Source of the DNA: a virus
Length of the DNA stretch: 56,927 bases
IMG/VR virus record: IMGVR_UViG_3300045988_096557
Strand: one strand, 5' to 3'
In this document: positions 26,099 through 37,792 of the stretch, piece by piece
Layout of the letters: each line of letters begins with the position of its first letter
How positions within the stretch are numbered: position 1 is the first letter of the stretch
The notes under the pieces: model-generated
The model's database searches: none
Told to the model about the DNA's origin: nothing
What the model saw: the letters and a program-made list of their open reading frames with translations, nothing else
Program-made: the position numbers and the translations under genes

Positions 26099-27541
26099 TT
26101 AATATGCGTATTTAGACAATATATTATTGTTTAATGTAGCAGAAATTGTTAATTTACTTATAACTTCATTAACTATATTACTACGAATTAAAGCGTCTAA
26201 TACATTTGGACCAGTATTTCCATACCACTTATTACCAGTAGAATTTTCTCCCCCAATAGAAACTATTTCATGACCGCTATTGCGAACTATGTCATCACAA
26301 ATATTATTTATAATACGCTAAATAGAAAAAACTTTACCATTAACAATAAGTAACTGACCAAGATGTCCTTTAGAAGAAGCTAGACCGCCAGAAGAAACCC
26401 ATTCATTAAAAAATGAGGCGGCTACCGATGCACGAATATTATTAAAAGATTCTTCAAAATCTGATCCAGTGAATCTATGAGCAATCATATTATAAGCAAG
26501 ATATTTTTCTGGCTAACCAGAAAAATAATCCCCTACATTCATATTTGAAAAAACCTAAATTCTATTTGCAGATTTCTTTTTATTCTACCACTTTGCATTA
26601 ACATTAGCACTAATTTCTATATTAAATACTTGATTACCCTTAGTTACTGACAAATTAAAAACATCATTATTAAAAACTTTAACAGCACCTCTACTTCCAT
26701 TGTCAGAAGTAGTATTCTATCCTCTATCAACCCACTTTAATTTTCCACCAGACTACTTAATAGCAGTATCTAATATACTATCCGCAGTATTAATTCCAAT
26801 AGATATACCTTCTGCGACTATAGCTTGACTAATCTAATTTCCAATAACTTTTCTAAAAATATATGATATTGTATTAGCAAAAGATCTAGAGTTTACACTT
26901 CCACCTTCATTTAATCTTGAAACCGCTCTACTCAACGAATCTATTACTTCTTTCGCTACATTGATATCCCCATCTTCAATAGACATAACATAGTGCTGCT
27001 AAGAATTATCTATCTAAAAACTAGTACCAATTAGCGATCTTCCTATCTAGGTTAAAGCATCAAGAACACTGACATTTATCATATTGGCTTTCATAAGAGC
27101 CTATATCAATAATCTAAAAAAATCATTAACTCTTTTTATATCAGGTGCCCCATTAGCCAACAAATTATTAAAATTGCCAGCCTATTGTAATATAGTATTA
27201 TAATTCTCAAAATTTACCTATCCACCGGCTAATTCAATTCCTTCATTGATACCTGCCGCGATCTAATCAAGAGTAGAATCCAATAAGGTACCAATCTATA
27301 AATCACTCAAAACTCTTAACCCACTCGCGGCAACTGGACCTTTAGACCGCATCTATTCTTGAATTGATACAATCTAAGTCTCAATTCCCGCAGTCTTCAT
27401 TTTACTCATTGCCTCTTGATACTATCCACTAAAGAGAATATTTGCGGACTCTACATCTCCATATTCTCTTAAATGACTACTATGATAAACAATATAATTT
27501 AAAGACCAACGCTATACATAATCATAAATATTAACATCCAT
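26099..27541 (-). CDS. Hypothetical tail-region protein, about 480 aa, with about 25 TAGs.
   Basis: Ribosome-binding site TAAGGAGATATAGG plus ATG. Hand translation stays open to TAA 26099-26101. No standard ORF of 60 aa or more is listed here because of the TAG density. Confidence 0.45.
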
Positions 27542-27600
27542 ACTCCTATATCTCCTTATAAAAAGAAAAAGGGAGGACTTTATTAAGTCCTCCCTTAAAA

Positions 27601-28992
27601 TTAAATGGTGTCATCGCTAACAGAGACTAGCTTATTGCGCATTTTTGCGCCAGAATAAGTGCTTGTGCTTTCTGCAAAACTGAGCTTGTTATTAATAGTA
27701 TAACTCTTCTCAAAGTCTCCGTTAATCTTAGTAATCTTAGCTGTAATAGGAGTTGTATTACTCTCCTTAGTAAGAATTACTAATAGGCCATCTGCCAATT
27801 CTGCGCCATCTACGGTTTGAGTCTTTGTATTGCCCTCAATACGGTCATCAGTAGAGAAGTATTTCTCATATGCTGGGTTAGTTGTTACTACAGTATACTT
27901 GGTACTATCGCTCTCTACTGGAATTTGGAGGCTAATTTGTGCGGCTTCTGGAATTGTATCTCCATAAGCCTCAGTATCATAAGCCTTTCCTGTTACAGTA
28001 CCAGTTACATCAAGTTCCGCCTCTGTGGCACTGTTAGAAACAAAATTTACAGTTACATCAGCGGCTTCACTCTCATAAGTACCAACATTCTCAGAGCATG
28101 GCTCACGAGAACCTTCGGTTTCTCCAGTTTCATCAGTAATTACCTGAATAGCGGCAAGAACTTTATGAGTTTGATCAAACTTAGTGTAGTCTGGGAAAGC
28201 GTCCATTGTAAATGTAAAGGTAGATGGATCACCGTTAGCAGCCATGCTGAATGTGAAGTTACTCTGAACCTTACAGTTAGGAATAATAAATTCAGCAGGC
28301 ATATCTACGCCATCGCTCTCACGGCGGAATAGAGTAGAAGCTTCAAGATAATAGTTTCCACCAAGCTTATCAGCGGTAATCTCAATCATCTGGGCGCCAC
28401 CAGTGCGCTTTACATAATAGTCAACTAAAACGATAGTACCAGATGGGAGCACTCCCGCATGAGAATAACAAGTTAAAGTTGATTTTCCGTCCTCTGTATA
28501 AGAAACAGAAACAGGAATGCATGGTTCAGCATTAACTTGACCATCATCTCCTAATACCATTACAAAAATGTCAGCAGAACGATGATACATTTCATTTTCA
28601 TGATCTGCAAATCCATTCCAGCAGGCTTTATCAGGAATTACGATAGTGTTAGCTGTTTCAACTTCTACCTGAGAAGTTTGATGAACGTAAATTGGAGCTT
28701 CTTTTGTTGCATCAAGCAGACCTGCACCAGAAAGAATAGAGAAGCTCTCTGGAGAAAGTAAAGCATCTTCCATTGTAAATGTTAGAGTACGCTCACCTTC
28801 CCAAGCAATCAATCTAGTATATCCACGTCCGCCCTGTGCGTATACAGTTGTTGCAGCACCTTCAAGAGTAGAGGTTCTTAAAGTGTCAAAGTACAAAACT
28901 GGTTCATTTTTATAGAACTTACGATTACCTAAAGTCTGATAGCTTTTGGCACGAAGTACTACATCGCAAATCTCACGAATACCAAAACGCAT
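27601..28992 (-). CDS. Major tail protein with a C-terminal Ig-like domain, 463 aa (no TAG).
   Basis: N-terminal block FDTLRTSTLEGAATTVYAQGGRGYTRLIAWEGERTLTFTMEDALLSPESFSILSGAG is characteristic of siphophage major tail proteins. Ribosome-binding site AAGGAGG. Confidence 0.65.
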   Translation of the reverse strand: MRFGIREICDVVLRAKSYQTLGNRKFYKNEPVLYFDTLRTSTLEGAATTVYAQGGRGYTRLIAWEGERTLTFTMEDALLSPESFSILSGAGLLDATKEAPIYVHQTSQVEVETANTIVIPDKACWNGFADHENEMYHRSADIFVMVLGDDGQVNAEPCIPVSVSYTEDGKSTLTCYSHAGVLPSGTIVLVDYYVKRTGGAQMIEITADKLGGNYYLEASTLFRRESDGVDMPAEFIIPNCKVQSNFTFSMAANGDPSTFTFTMDAFPDYTKFDQTHKVLAAIQVITDETGETEGSREPCSENVGTYESEAADVTVNFVSNSATEAELDVTGTVTGKAYDTEAYGDTIPEAAQISLQIPVESDSTKYTVVTTNPAYEKYFSTDDRIEGNTKTQTVDGAELADGLLVILTKESNTTPITAKITKINGDFEKSYTINNKLSFAESTSTYSGAKMRNKLVSVSDDTI

Positions 28993-29006
28993 GAGCTAAT
29001 TCCTCC

Positions 29007-29732
29007 TTAATTTTTAGGATGTATATCTCGCATCCATGATTCAACTGGTTTATCTGGTTTGCCGCCCGCAAGACGAACCCGCAAGTCAACATCCCATTCA
29101 ATAAACGCATTATATCTTTCCATCAAATCAAATATCTAAAACATATTTAGATTTAAGCAATCCTCTAAACTCATTGTATTAGATCCGATTGTCAAGATAG
29201 ATATATAGCGTGTTAGAACACTCTCATTATTTCCTTTGCTTTTGATTTCTGCTACTTTTCGTCTACCGCGCATTAACTTTTCAGCAATTTCTTTAGCTCG
29301 GTCATTAGCTGGATTATAGATAACATTATTTCCCTAAAATAGACTGTTTACACACAAAATCTCTTTTAGTACGCTTTGAAAAATATCAAAGTTATTATCA
29401 TCTATTAACAAAGGCTAATTTTCTCCTTGCTTAGTTAAAATTATTGAATTTCTAGTTATTACTGGTATATAATCAGGAAATAATAATGTAAGTAGCATAA
29501 TAACAGCATTTTTTTTATCTTTATCCTGTGACTATTCTAACACCTTCATCAATACTTGAAAATTAGTTAATGATGATAAAAGAGTTTCGTCCTATATTAA
29601 TGATTCTTTATCTAAACATAAATATTGAACTGCCATAAAAAATTTTGTCTCTCCCATAAGAGCTATCTCTTTAATGACGGGAACGTGAATAGTAAGTTGT
29701 AATTCAGGAATGGGAATATCAATTCCGGCCAT
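29007..29732 (-). CDS. Head-tail joining region protein, 241 aa, with 6 TAGs.
   Basis: ATG overlaps the upstream gene. The frame is open to TAA 29007-29009. It lies immediately 5' of the major tail protein. Confidence 0.45.
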
Positions 29733-29748
29733 TAAAGCTAATCTATAA

Positions 29749-30285
29749 TCAAGCAAGCGGATTTACCTTATCTTCATTTCCGCGAATAGCAAGATATGTT
29801 AGAGACAAACCAGCAAATTCTTCATCATATATATATGGCGTAGCTGATACAAATTCTAGCTCTCCTATACCCGTTAAATGAGTTCCATCAAGCATTGAAT
29901 CTATCTCTCCCGCAATTCGATAAGGTCGTAAATCATAATCTCCCAAATCCCAATTATCATAATGACAAATAATATCAATACCAAATGTATTATCTCTATA
30001 TTCAGGATTTGTAGAATTTCTAACCATAGTGCCATAAATCAATCTTAAATAAGATTTTTCTGGTCTATCAACCTTTATCTTAGGAACAGCAGAAATCTAC
30101 TTAGTATCAATCATTTCCTTTATCATATCTCCTGTAACGGTCGGTTTACTTTTCCAATCTCTAGTATTATAAGTTAATAATTTCAAAACATTCTAATTAG
30201 AAAGTATTCTTTCCATAATCAGAGAAGCATCTTTCTACATACCTAACAAACTAGATTTAGGATACTCATAAGTATTTTTTTTCAT
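29749..30285 (-). CDS. Head-tail joining region protein, 178 aa, with 3 TAGs.
   Basis: ORF 29749..30042 extended upstream in frame to ATG, with a ribosome-binding site TAAGGAGAGTG. Confidence 0.45.
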
Positions 30286-30300
30286 TTCAATTCACTCTCC

Positions 30301-31293
30301 TTAAAATAAAGATTCTACTACAATAACTTTTTCCAGTACAGTATTATCCTTCTTCCATACTAGAGTGAATTGACCATGAGTAGTTTTATTCCACACCAAC
30401 TAAACAGATTTATTTCCATTTGGACATAAAGTTACAGGAACATTCTTTTCTAATATTGACCAAGCTCCATTAGCTTCTTCTACAGAATAAGATTCTTCTA
30501 TCATTGGTTTAATAAAAGTCTCTCCCATAATCCCGCTATTTGGAGTAGGATCTTCTGGTTCGAATATTAAACCATCTTTCATACTATTTTCTATATCATC
30601 AGTATCTCTATTTATATAATCTTCTTCTGCACTCACTTCAATTACATTCTTCATACTTATATCATCTGGAGCCTAAACTTTCCAACATCTTCCAGCGAAC
30701 AAAAATTCACTATATCTATCAAAAGCATGAATAGTTTTTTCATTTCTTGGCATAAGTATGTTTAAGCTAAGATTAGGTTTATCCAATCTTTCTTGATTCT
30801 TCTAAATAGACTCGATTTGGGTTTCAACTGGACCTCGAATCGCAGCCCAAGTCTAACACCAATTCCCTTCCTAATCTTTAAACTTAATTCTATATCTACA
30901 ACGTCTTATTTCCCCTCTAAAATAAGCGTCCTCAGTTATTTCTTCAAGATAAATTATCCAATGAGTGCCAGTTTTTTTCCACTCAAAGACATCTCCAGGC
31001 TCATATTGATTAATATGATCTATGGAGATTATCTTATCATCATAGTCCTGTTTCACTTTATCTGGATTAATAAGCGCACGACACATAGGATAAATATTCA
31101 TATCTGGATCAATAGCATCTAACGTTGCATCTAAAACCTAGGTTGACTTCTAGACTAATTGAACAGTACAGGCTTGATAAGAATATAATAATGCTTTCTA
31201 AAGAGTTCTCCATTTATCTTTGATCATTCTATCTTCCTAGTGAATACCACCCTACCATTCAAATCTTTTTCGCATTAATTCAAGATTCGTCAT
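30301..31293 (-). CDS. Hypothetical virion protein, 330 aa, with about 10 TAGs.
   Basis: ORFs 30400..30654 and 30871..31101 are in the same frame. The ATG overlaps the upstream stop (ATGACGAATCTTGA), and the stop is TAA 30301-30303. Confidence 0.45.
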
Positions 31294-31588
31294 CTCTAAT
31301 CACCTACGCCAACAAATCAATACATCTAAAGACTGTTTTTCGATAAATCATAAAATCATTGCAGACATTTGAAGATAACCCTTCCAGTTTAGACAATAAA
31401 ATAAGTCCCTCAACTCTATCTTTATACATTTTAACTAATCCACTAATTTCTTCTGTTATTACATTCAAATGATTTACCCAGTCTTCATTATTCTCTCTCA
31501 TTGGAATTAACTTCCATAACTAATTAATCAATCTCTTTAAATCCTACTCTTTTGTTTCTAATGGGAAATTAATATCATATTTATCCAT
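31280..31588 (-). CDS. Hypothetical protein, 102 aa, with 3 TAGs.
   Basis: ORF 31304..31501 extended in frame. The ATG overlaps the upstream stop, and the gene ends at TGA 31280-31282. Confidence 0.4.
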
Positions 31589-32123
31589 CAAAAACACTCA
31601 TCTCTCTTAATGTTGACCAGTTTGATTTATAAGAGCCTTGATTATCAATTAGTTTTCTTCTTTTATAGAGACGCTGCATATGATGACTTTGACGTTCTGC
31701 TTCCTTTTTCAACTCTATTAATTTGGCTAAATGATTAGCCTAGGAAGTCATTTTAAAATCTGTTCCAGAATATTTCATTCTCGTCTATTCTATTGAAGCC
31801 ACCTGGCGTTGTAACCAAGTATTATACATTAGAATAGCAAGAATATTTATTTCTTCTGTCGTTAAATGTGCAGAAAAGGCTGGAATAATAGTTGCTATTC
31901 CAGTCTCTTCATCATTATTTTCTATATTGGTAAAACTGTATAATGGAAAACGAGGGAACTCAAAACCAGGAAGTGCATCCATTAGGATGTTATACAAATC
32001 TTTTTCAGTATCTTCCTATGTCCATTCCATATACATATCATCAGTAATCTTGCCAAAAAATCTATCATAAATTTCTTCAAAGGGGGTCGGATCGCCCTAA
32101 ATTGGATATTTCTTATTATCCAT
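31581..32123 (-). CDS. Hypothetical head-tail connector region protein, 180 aa, with 4 TAGs.
   Basis: ORF 31785..31997 extended in frame. Ribosome-binding site TAAGGGAGG, and stop TAA 31581-31583. Confidence 0.45.
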
Positions 32124-32142
32124 GGCTATAACCTCCCTTATA

Positions 32143-32676
32143 TCAATCAGAAATAGCTACTCTGCGTTTTGGAGTATCCTCACTTGTAGTTGACACTCTT
32201 CTTACAGGTTTCTCTTCCTTAGGATTCTTTTTATCATCTGCTGTTAATTCTAATGCTTTAGTAACATTAAATCCTAATTGTTTTTCCAAAGCATCTCTTT
32301 TAGACATATCATTTAAAGGAAGAGAAATAGCATGGGATTTAATCAGATCTTTAGTGCCTTCTGGAGCAAAATCAAGAGCATCCTTAAATTCATCTAAAGA
32401 ACACGTATTCATCCAAGAATCAATCTCTTCTTCTTTCATCCAATACTCTGGTTCAACCCTACCATTAATAAGATATTCAACAATCTCTCTATCATCTACA
32501 AGTAAGTAATTATAAATTAATTTGCGGCCTCCAGGCGTTTGTACTAGCTTTTCTAGTTCAGATACTTCAAGTTCCTTGTGTTCTCCAGGATAAAACATAC
32601 GGCGCACGCCCAATTCAGGCAATCTATATACAACACGACCTGCGCTCTTGTTATAAACAGTGCAACTATTTTTCAT
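32143..32676 (-). CDS. Hypothetical protein, 177 aa (no TAG).
   Basis: Intact ORF downstream of the capsid gene. Confidence 0.5.
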   Translation of the reverse strand: MKNSCTVYNKSAGRVVYRLPELGVRRMFYPGEHKELEVSELEKLVQTPGGRKLIYNYLLVDDREIVEYLINGRVEPEYWMKEEEIDSWMNTCSLDEFKDALDFAPEGTKDLIKSHAISLPLNDMSKRDALEKQLGFNVTKALELTADDKKNPKEEKPVRRVSTTSEDTPKRRVAISD

Positions 32677-32740
32677 AATTTTTATCTCCTTTTTCTCAAT
32701 AAATAAAAGGGGATAGGGATATTTCCCTATCCCCTGTCAA

Positions 32741-33793
32741 TTAACCATTATTTGGATTTGGGTTAGTATTATCAAGCTCGCCTTGAAGTTCAGTATCAAC
32801 ATAAGAGAAGATGTTATTCGCCATCATTACACCGACACCAACCTTACGGTAAACCTGAATATCACGAGACCAGTCGTCATTATCATCGCGTTCGCGCACG
32901 TGGGTAGTACCCTCAAAAGCAACTTTTACAGGACGGCTCTCAGCTCCACCAGGAATAATCCAAGCATAACCTGGATCGATCATCTTTTTGGAGTTAGTCT
33001 CATCCTCAAGAGTTTGGGGTAGAATTACCACTCTAGTTCCCTTGTAATTTGCAAGATAACCAGTTCCCCAATACTGATCTCTCATGTTGTCAGAAATCCA
33101 AGCATCATTATCTGGAATCATTTTTACTGCAAACTCACGAGTGCAATAAATAGTTGGCTGACCATAAGCAGTAGCAGTATTTACAAGATAATCCATAGTT
33201 GGTTCGTCAAAACCAGCAACAGCACAACGGTTTGCTGCGGGAAGCTGATTGATAGAACCCATAAGAGCTTGAGCAATCTCTCTATAAATAAGCTCTTGCA
33301 TACCCTCTGTTACAATTTGAGTAAGTTCTGCAAAGTTTACTCTTCCATCAAGGAACTCCTCAAATCCGATACGAGCAGCTCCACCAATGGCGCTTGTTCC
33401 AACTTCGAAGCTCTCAGAACCAAGCTTAAAGGTCTCATACACACCAGCAAGCCCCACACGAGTAATGAATTGCTTAGCGCGAGTAAGTCCAGTTCTACGA
33501 GTAAATACAGGCTTGTCGCCTTGTGCGAAAGTTCTAATCTCAGCAAAATTGCCATAAGAATTGAGTAAACGATTAGGAACAACTTCGTCCATAGTCTGCT
33601 CAATTAAAGAGAATAGAGTATTTTTATTTTCTCTATAAAGTTCATCTGTGCCAACAAATTCATTTAGCTCATTACGCAAAGTAGTATTTAAAGCGTCATA
33701 GCTAAAAGACTCTCCTTGATAGCTATAGGTACCAGAAGGATTTGCATTAGCGACAGTTTTCATTAAACTAAGTAAATTAGCTTTATCTAACAT
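32741..33793 (-). CDS. Major capsid protein, 350 aa (no TAG).
   Basis: Intact ORF in the capsid position after the scaffold/decoration genes. Composition and length fit a major capsid protein. Confidence 0.55.
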   Translation of the reverse strand: MLDKANLLSLMKTVANANPSGTYSYQGESFSYDALNTTLRNELNEFVGTDELYRENKNTLFSLIEQTMDEVVPNRLLNSYGNFAEIRTFAQGDKPVFTRRTGLTRAKQFITRVGLAGVYETFKLGSESFEVGTSAIGGAARIGFEEFLDGRVNFAELTQIVTEGMQELIYREIAQALMGSINQLPAANRCAVAGFDEPTMDYLVNTATAYGQPTIYCTREFAVKMIPDNDAWISDNMRDQYWGTGYLANYKGTRVVILPQTLEDETNSKKMIDPGYAWIIPGGAESRPVKVAFEGTTHVRERDDNDDWSRDIQVYRKVGVGVMMANNIFSYVDTELQGELDNTNPNPNNG

Positions 33794-33812
33794 TCTTCTT
33801 CACTCCTTCCAA

Positions 33813-34502
33813 TTAACCTACACGCTGTACTTTTACACCAGGTTGAAGATCTGGCATAGTATACACTTTTACTACTGCAAAGATAGGATCTAAATCTCCA
33901 CCTTTAGCAGAAGTTTCAGTATCTTTAGTTAAATATCCATCAGTATCAATCTTTAGACGATCGCCTACTGCAAGCTCTCCGGCATTAGCCTTAATGGTAT
34001 TAGTAGTCCAAATATCACCAATACTAATCTTAATTACGCGAGGTACCATTTTAGTTCCTTCTGGCATCAATGCAGGATAAGTAAATGTCTCCATATTTTT
34101 CTTATATGCTACATCACTACCTTCGCGTACAGCTTCTCCGGTATAATCACTTATTGTAGCAAGTGTAGAAACTGTTTGTCCAATTGGACTATATACACGA
34201 GCATTATAATTATCCTTAATCATAGCAAAATCAGCATCAGTTTCGCGATCTCTATAAATCTTTACTTCATTAAATACCATCATCCAGGCGCCAGAAGTAG
34301 CTTCCGTACTAAAATCGCATACGCCTTTTGCATAATCATACTTTACAAATTGACCGTTCTCAAGAATCTCAATAGCGCTAGCTGCGGGAAGCTGAGCATA
34401 TACTTGACCATTTCTTGGAGCGGAAAGATGGTTTGGCTCCACTTGACCATATCCATACTGGACAAAAGTGGCATTACCTAATCTTTTAGAACTCTTAGCC
34501 AT
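33813..34502 (-). CDS. Capsid-associated protein (decoration or scaffold-like), 229 aa (no TAG).
   Basis: Intact ORF between the protease/scaffold-like gene and the major capsid protein. Confidence 0.4.
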   Translation of the reverse strand: MAKSSKRLGNATFVQYGYGQVEPNHLSAPRNGQVYAQLPAASAIEILENGQFVKYDYAKGVCDFSTEATSGAWMMVFNEVKIYRDRETDADFAMIKDNYNARVYSPIGQTVSTLATISDYTGEAVREGSDVAYKKNMETFTYPALMPEGTKMVPRVIKISIGDIWTTNTIKANAGELAVGDRLKIDTDGYLTKDTETSAKGGDLDPIFAVVKVYTMPDLQPGVKVQRVG

Positions 34503-34515
34503 TCTTTAATCCTCC

Positions 34516-35775
34516 TTAAATACTGCTTTTAGCAGTTTCACGAATTGCTTTTACCCAATCAGGAACGTTGTCAGTTTCTGGATTATTTAAATTAAAAAGT
34601 CCCTTTGGGGTATTATCTTCTTCTTTATGCTTTTCTTCAAGATTGAAATTTACTTTATTTCTAACACAAAGAATAGATAATTTAGCTTCAATATCATCTA
34701 AAGAATAAGTATCAATATGCTCAGCGACATCTTTCTTATCCTCATCACTTAACATATAGAAACTATCAATCATTTGTTGTTTACTTTGACGTTCAGCATT
34801 AAGTTTAAATTCTCTTAGTGCTGTAACTTCATTATCTAGATTAGTTTTTTCTTGCTCAAGAGCAGAATATTTAGTCTCTAAATCGGTAAACTTTGTAAGT
34901 AACTCTGTATATTCTGTTACTTCTTCAAGATTATACTTCTTACCTTGAGGAGTATCCTTTTTCTTTTCTTTTTCTCCCTCTGGGGCTGGAGCAGGATTTT
35001 CAGAAGTCTTTTTCTTCTTACCCTCTTCGGGATTTGGAGTATTTTTCTCGAAATCAGTAGGTACTTTCTTCTCATTCTCCATAGGTTCTTGAGAGCCTCC
35101 TTTATTTAAAGTTTCTTTTAATTGATCCATCATAGAATACATCATAGTTTTAAGTTTCTAAAACTCTTGATTATTCTCTAAAGAAAATTGAGAACTAAAT
35201 TGAGCTCCCTCGAAACAAGGCTCAACATTTTCTCCGAGAACACATAATTTCTCAATCAATGCCTCATTGTAGATAAAGATTCTTTCATTTGTTTTATCAT
35301 CTTTTGTCCAAAATCCTGATTGATTTTCTTCATTCAATTCCATAGAATGGTTATTGCCATTCTCCAGGATTCTTTTAGATTCTGGATAAACGCTAGTCCA
35401 AATGTATACATCTGTCACAAGATATTCTCTTTCTACGCCTTCATCATTGAACTTCTAAAACCATACATTTGCATTTGTAGGAACAAATCCATATGGTCTT
35501 GTGGTATCAACAATAGCAAACTTACCATCTCGAACAATAATTTCTCTGTTGTGGCCTTCAAAATCATTTATTTCATGATTAAAATATCCAACAATAGGAC
35601 TTCCTGGTAGTTTACGTCCCATTTCCGCGGCCACTTCTTTGGTAATTACAGTATGGTTGCGGTTAGGTTGCTACCCAACGTAGCAAACTTTGCAGACACC
35701 TTTACTAACTAGAGGAGAAATCTAAGTGTTCTAAATATATTCCATCGTATTTAAAATGGGAACACTAATATGCAA
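34516..35775 (-). CDS. Prohead protease / scaffold-like fusion protein, about 419 aa, with about 5 TAGs. The C-terminal half is a charged coiled coil.
   Basis: ORFs 35158..35418 and 34516..35145 are in the same frame and are joined across a TAG. TTG start with a ribosome-binding site GGAGGG. Confidence 0.4.
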
Positions 35776-35789
35776 GTTCAATCCCTCCT

Positions 35790-37415
35790 TTATGACGAAC
35801 TTTCTTGATTAGCTATTGTCTTATCTGACTTTTCGCCATCTTCTTTTTTGGGCCTGCCGGCTCCATTAGTATTAGTTGAACTTGTCTACTTATTCTAAGA
35901 ATTAGTTTTAGATGACTAATTATTATTACCCAAATCTTTTCCGCTTCTGGTATTAGAACTCATAGGCGGAATCATAATTTCTGCTAAATTCAATACTTCG
36001 TTCTCAAATGTTAATGTAGCTAATATACTCGATTGAGAATGACCTAAAGCAATCTGTGGCAACATCTTAGAATAACCCAGTTGAGCGTGCTCTTTATATA
36101 ATTTAGATAACTCTTTATAATTAAACTAAGTAGTTTCTAACATTTCCGCTCTAAACTCATAATGATTTTTGCGATTAAATTTCTCTACTACTCGATTTAA
36201 TAAATCTGTAAACATGAGAGGAATATCTCTTACGCTAGATTCATCTGTCAAAATAGAATTTGTAACTGCAATATTGCCATCTGCATTAAACAAATTATGA
36301 GTTACACCTGAGTTATTATAAACTGTACGTTCAACTTTTTCCAAATCGTCTGTCGTTGTATTAGAATTATTATCTTTTGTATCAATTTTTTCAATATCTG
36401 CAAAAGTTGTTAATACATCTACACCAATAGCTCGTTTTAACATAGTTACAGCATTATTATGAATATCCCTTGCTTCATCAACATCAAAAATCAAATCTCC
36501 ATTTTTATCAAGAGGCAACTTCTAAATAATAATTTTTAATAATTGTTGCATTGTCTTTTGACGATCTAATTCTTGCGCTTGATCTAAATCAATAATAGAA
36601 GGAATAACCCCAGCTAGAAAAGGAAATTCATTATCATTTAGACTAAACTTTACAGAAATACTAGGATCTAGTGGATACCATACAGTAGTATCACCTGGAT
36701 AATCCCCTTTTAATTTTCCCTGTTTATAAAGAATATATGCCTTTTGAATGTCCTGTGGAAAAATCTTTAATATCTAGATTTTATACTGCGGATTGGCAAA
36801 ATAAGTGTCAAAAAACTAAAGATTTAATTCTACTATTGGATTAGGGCCCTAGAAATATCTACTTCTGCAATATGAAGCTGGTAATTTCTAAATTGCAAAT
36901 CTATCTCCAAAATCAACAATTACACCATAATAAGCTCCTTCTTTAATAATATCTAATGATATATTTCCAAGCATTCTCTTCACACTAGATTTATCAAGGT
37001 AAAGCAAGACCTTTGAAAAATCTTTCAATAGCTTATCTTTATCTTTCTACGCGTCTACTGTGTATGGAGTAATATACCAATCAAATCTATATAAGAAGGC
37101 TAAATATTTACATAATCTATAATAAATACCGCTACTTTCATAAAAGTAATTAGAAATCTCTCTTAAAGTCTTGTAATCATGCTTATAAATAGCATTTAAT
37201 ACAAACTTTTTATCTCCATAATTTCTATTTATCTTTTTATATGTGCCTAGATTAATAAGCGCATCATCCACAGACCGTAATCCAACTCGCATTTTTGCAT
37301 AATCAACAGTATCATAGTTCAAAAAATCTTCTTCCTATTGATAACGAGTAATAATACCTCGATCTAGTAGATCAAAACCTTTAGCTCTTATTTCTTCCTA
37401 TCGACGTTTTAACAA
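35790..37415 (-). CDS. Portal protein, about 541 aa, with about 13 TAGs.
   Basis: ORFs 36126..36518 and 37047..37322 are in the same frame. TTG start with a ribosome-binding site GGAGGTG, and stop TAA 35790-35792. It sits between the terminase and protease/scaffold genes. Confidence 0.55.
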
Positions 37416-37432
37416 AATATCACCTCCAGGTG

Positions 37433-37789
37433 TTAATATCCAGCTTTACTCATTAAATAATCATAAGAGATGATATTTTCCTCCGTATAGGGAACTTCAA
37501 TGAGGGTAATACCTTTTAATGCACAAAATCTACGCTTTTGATTATCATTATATTTCTATTGGTATAATCCTCTATTTCCACCAAATTTACTAACAGCCTA
37601 ATAATGCTATTTACCCTGATACTCAATTAAAAAATCAAGATTTCCATCATCATCAAAAACAGCAAAATCAAAACGAAGTGGCCTACCACTTGGTGCTTTC
37701 AGCCCAGGAAACTCATACTCTTCTTTAAAGTTCATGCCATTTTGCTCTAATATCTCATGAATTTTAATTTCTCCACGACTGGCCTTCAT
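37433..37789 (-). CDS. DUF559 / Vsr-like endonuclease domain protein, 118 aa, with 3 TAGs. Probably a freestanding homing endonuclease inserted between the terminase and portal genes.
   Basis: Motif RFDFAV...DFLIEYQGKQH, matching the DUF559 signature (yivDF...IEvDG..H). It starts 4 nt after the terminase stop. Confidence 0.55.
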
Positions 37790-37792
37790 ATC

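Noticed and set aside
3400-27600. Plus-strand ORFs inside the minus-strand tail module (for example 12982..13200, 17088..17309, 21858..22055, 27817..28332, 7319..7501, 7986..8267)
   Set aside because: They are antisense to long same-frame minus-strand genes that make sense when TAG is read through. They lack ribosome-binding sites, have low-complexity translations, and some overlap TAG-free conserved genes such as the major tail protein.
35610-35790. Possible tRNA or ncRNA in the apparent gap between the portal gene and ORF 35158..35418
   Set aside because: The interval is coding under the TAG-reading frame (the N-terminal part of the protease/scaffold-like gene, TTG start with a ribosome-binding site GGAGGG). 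No cloverleaf-compatible sequence or GTTCRANYC T-loop motif was seen. No tRNA was recognised anywhere in the window.
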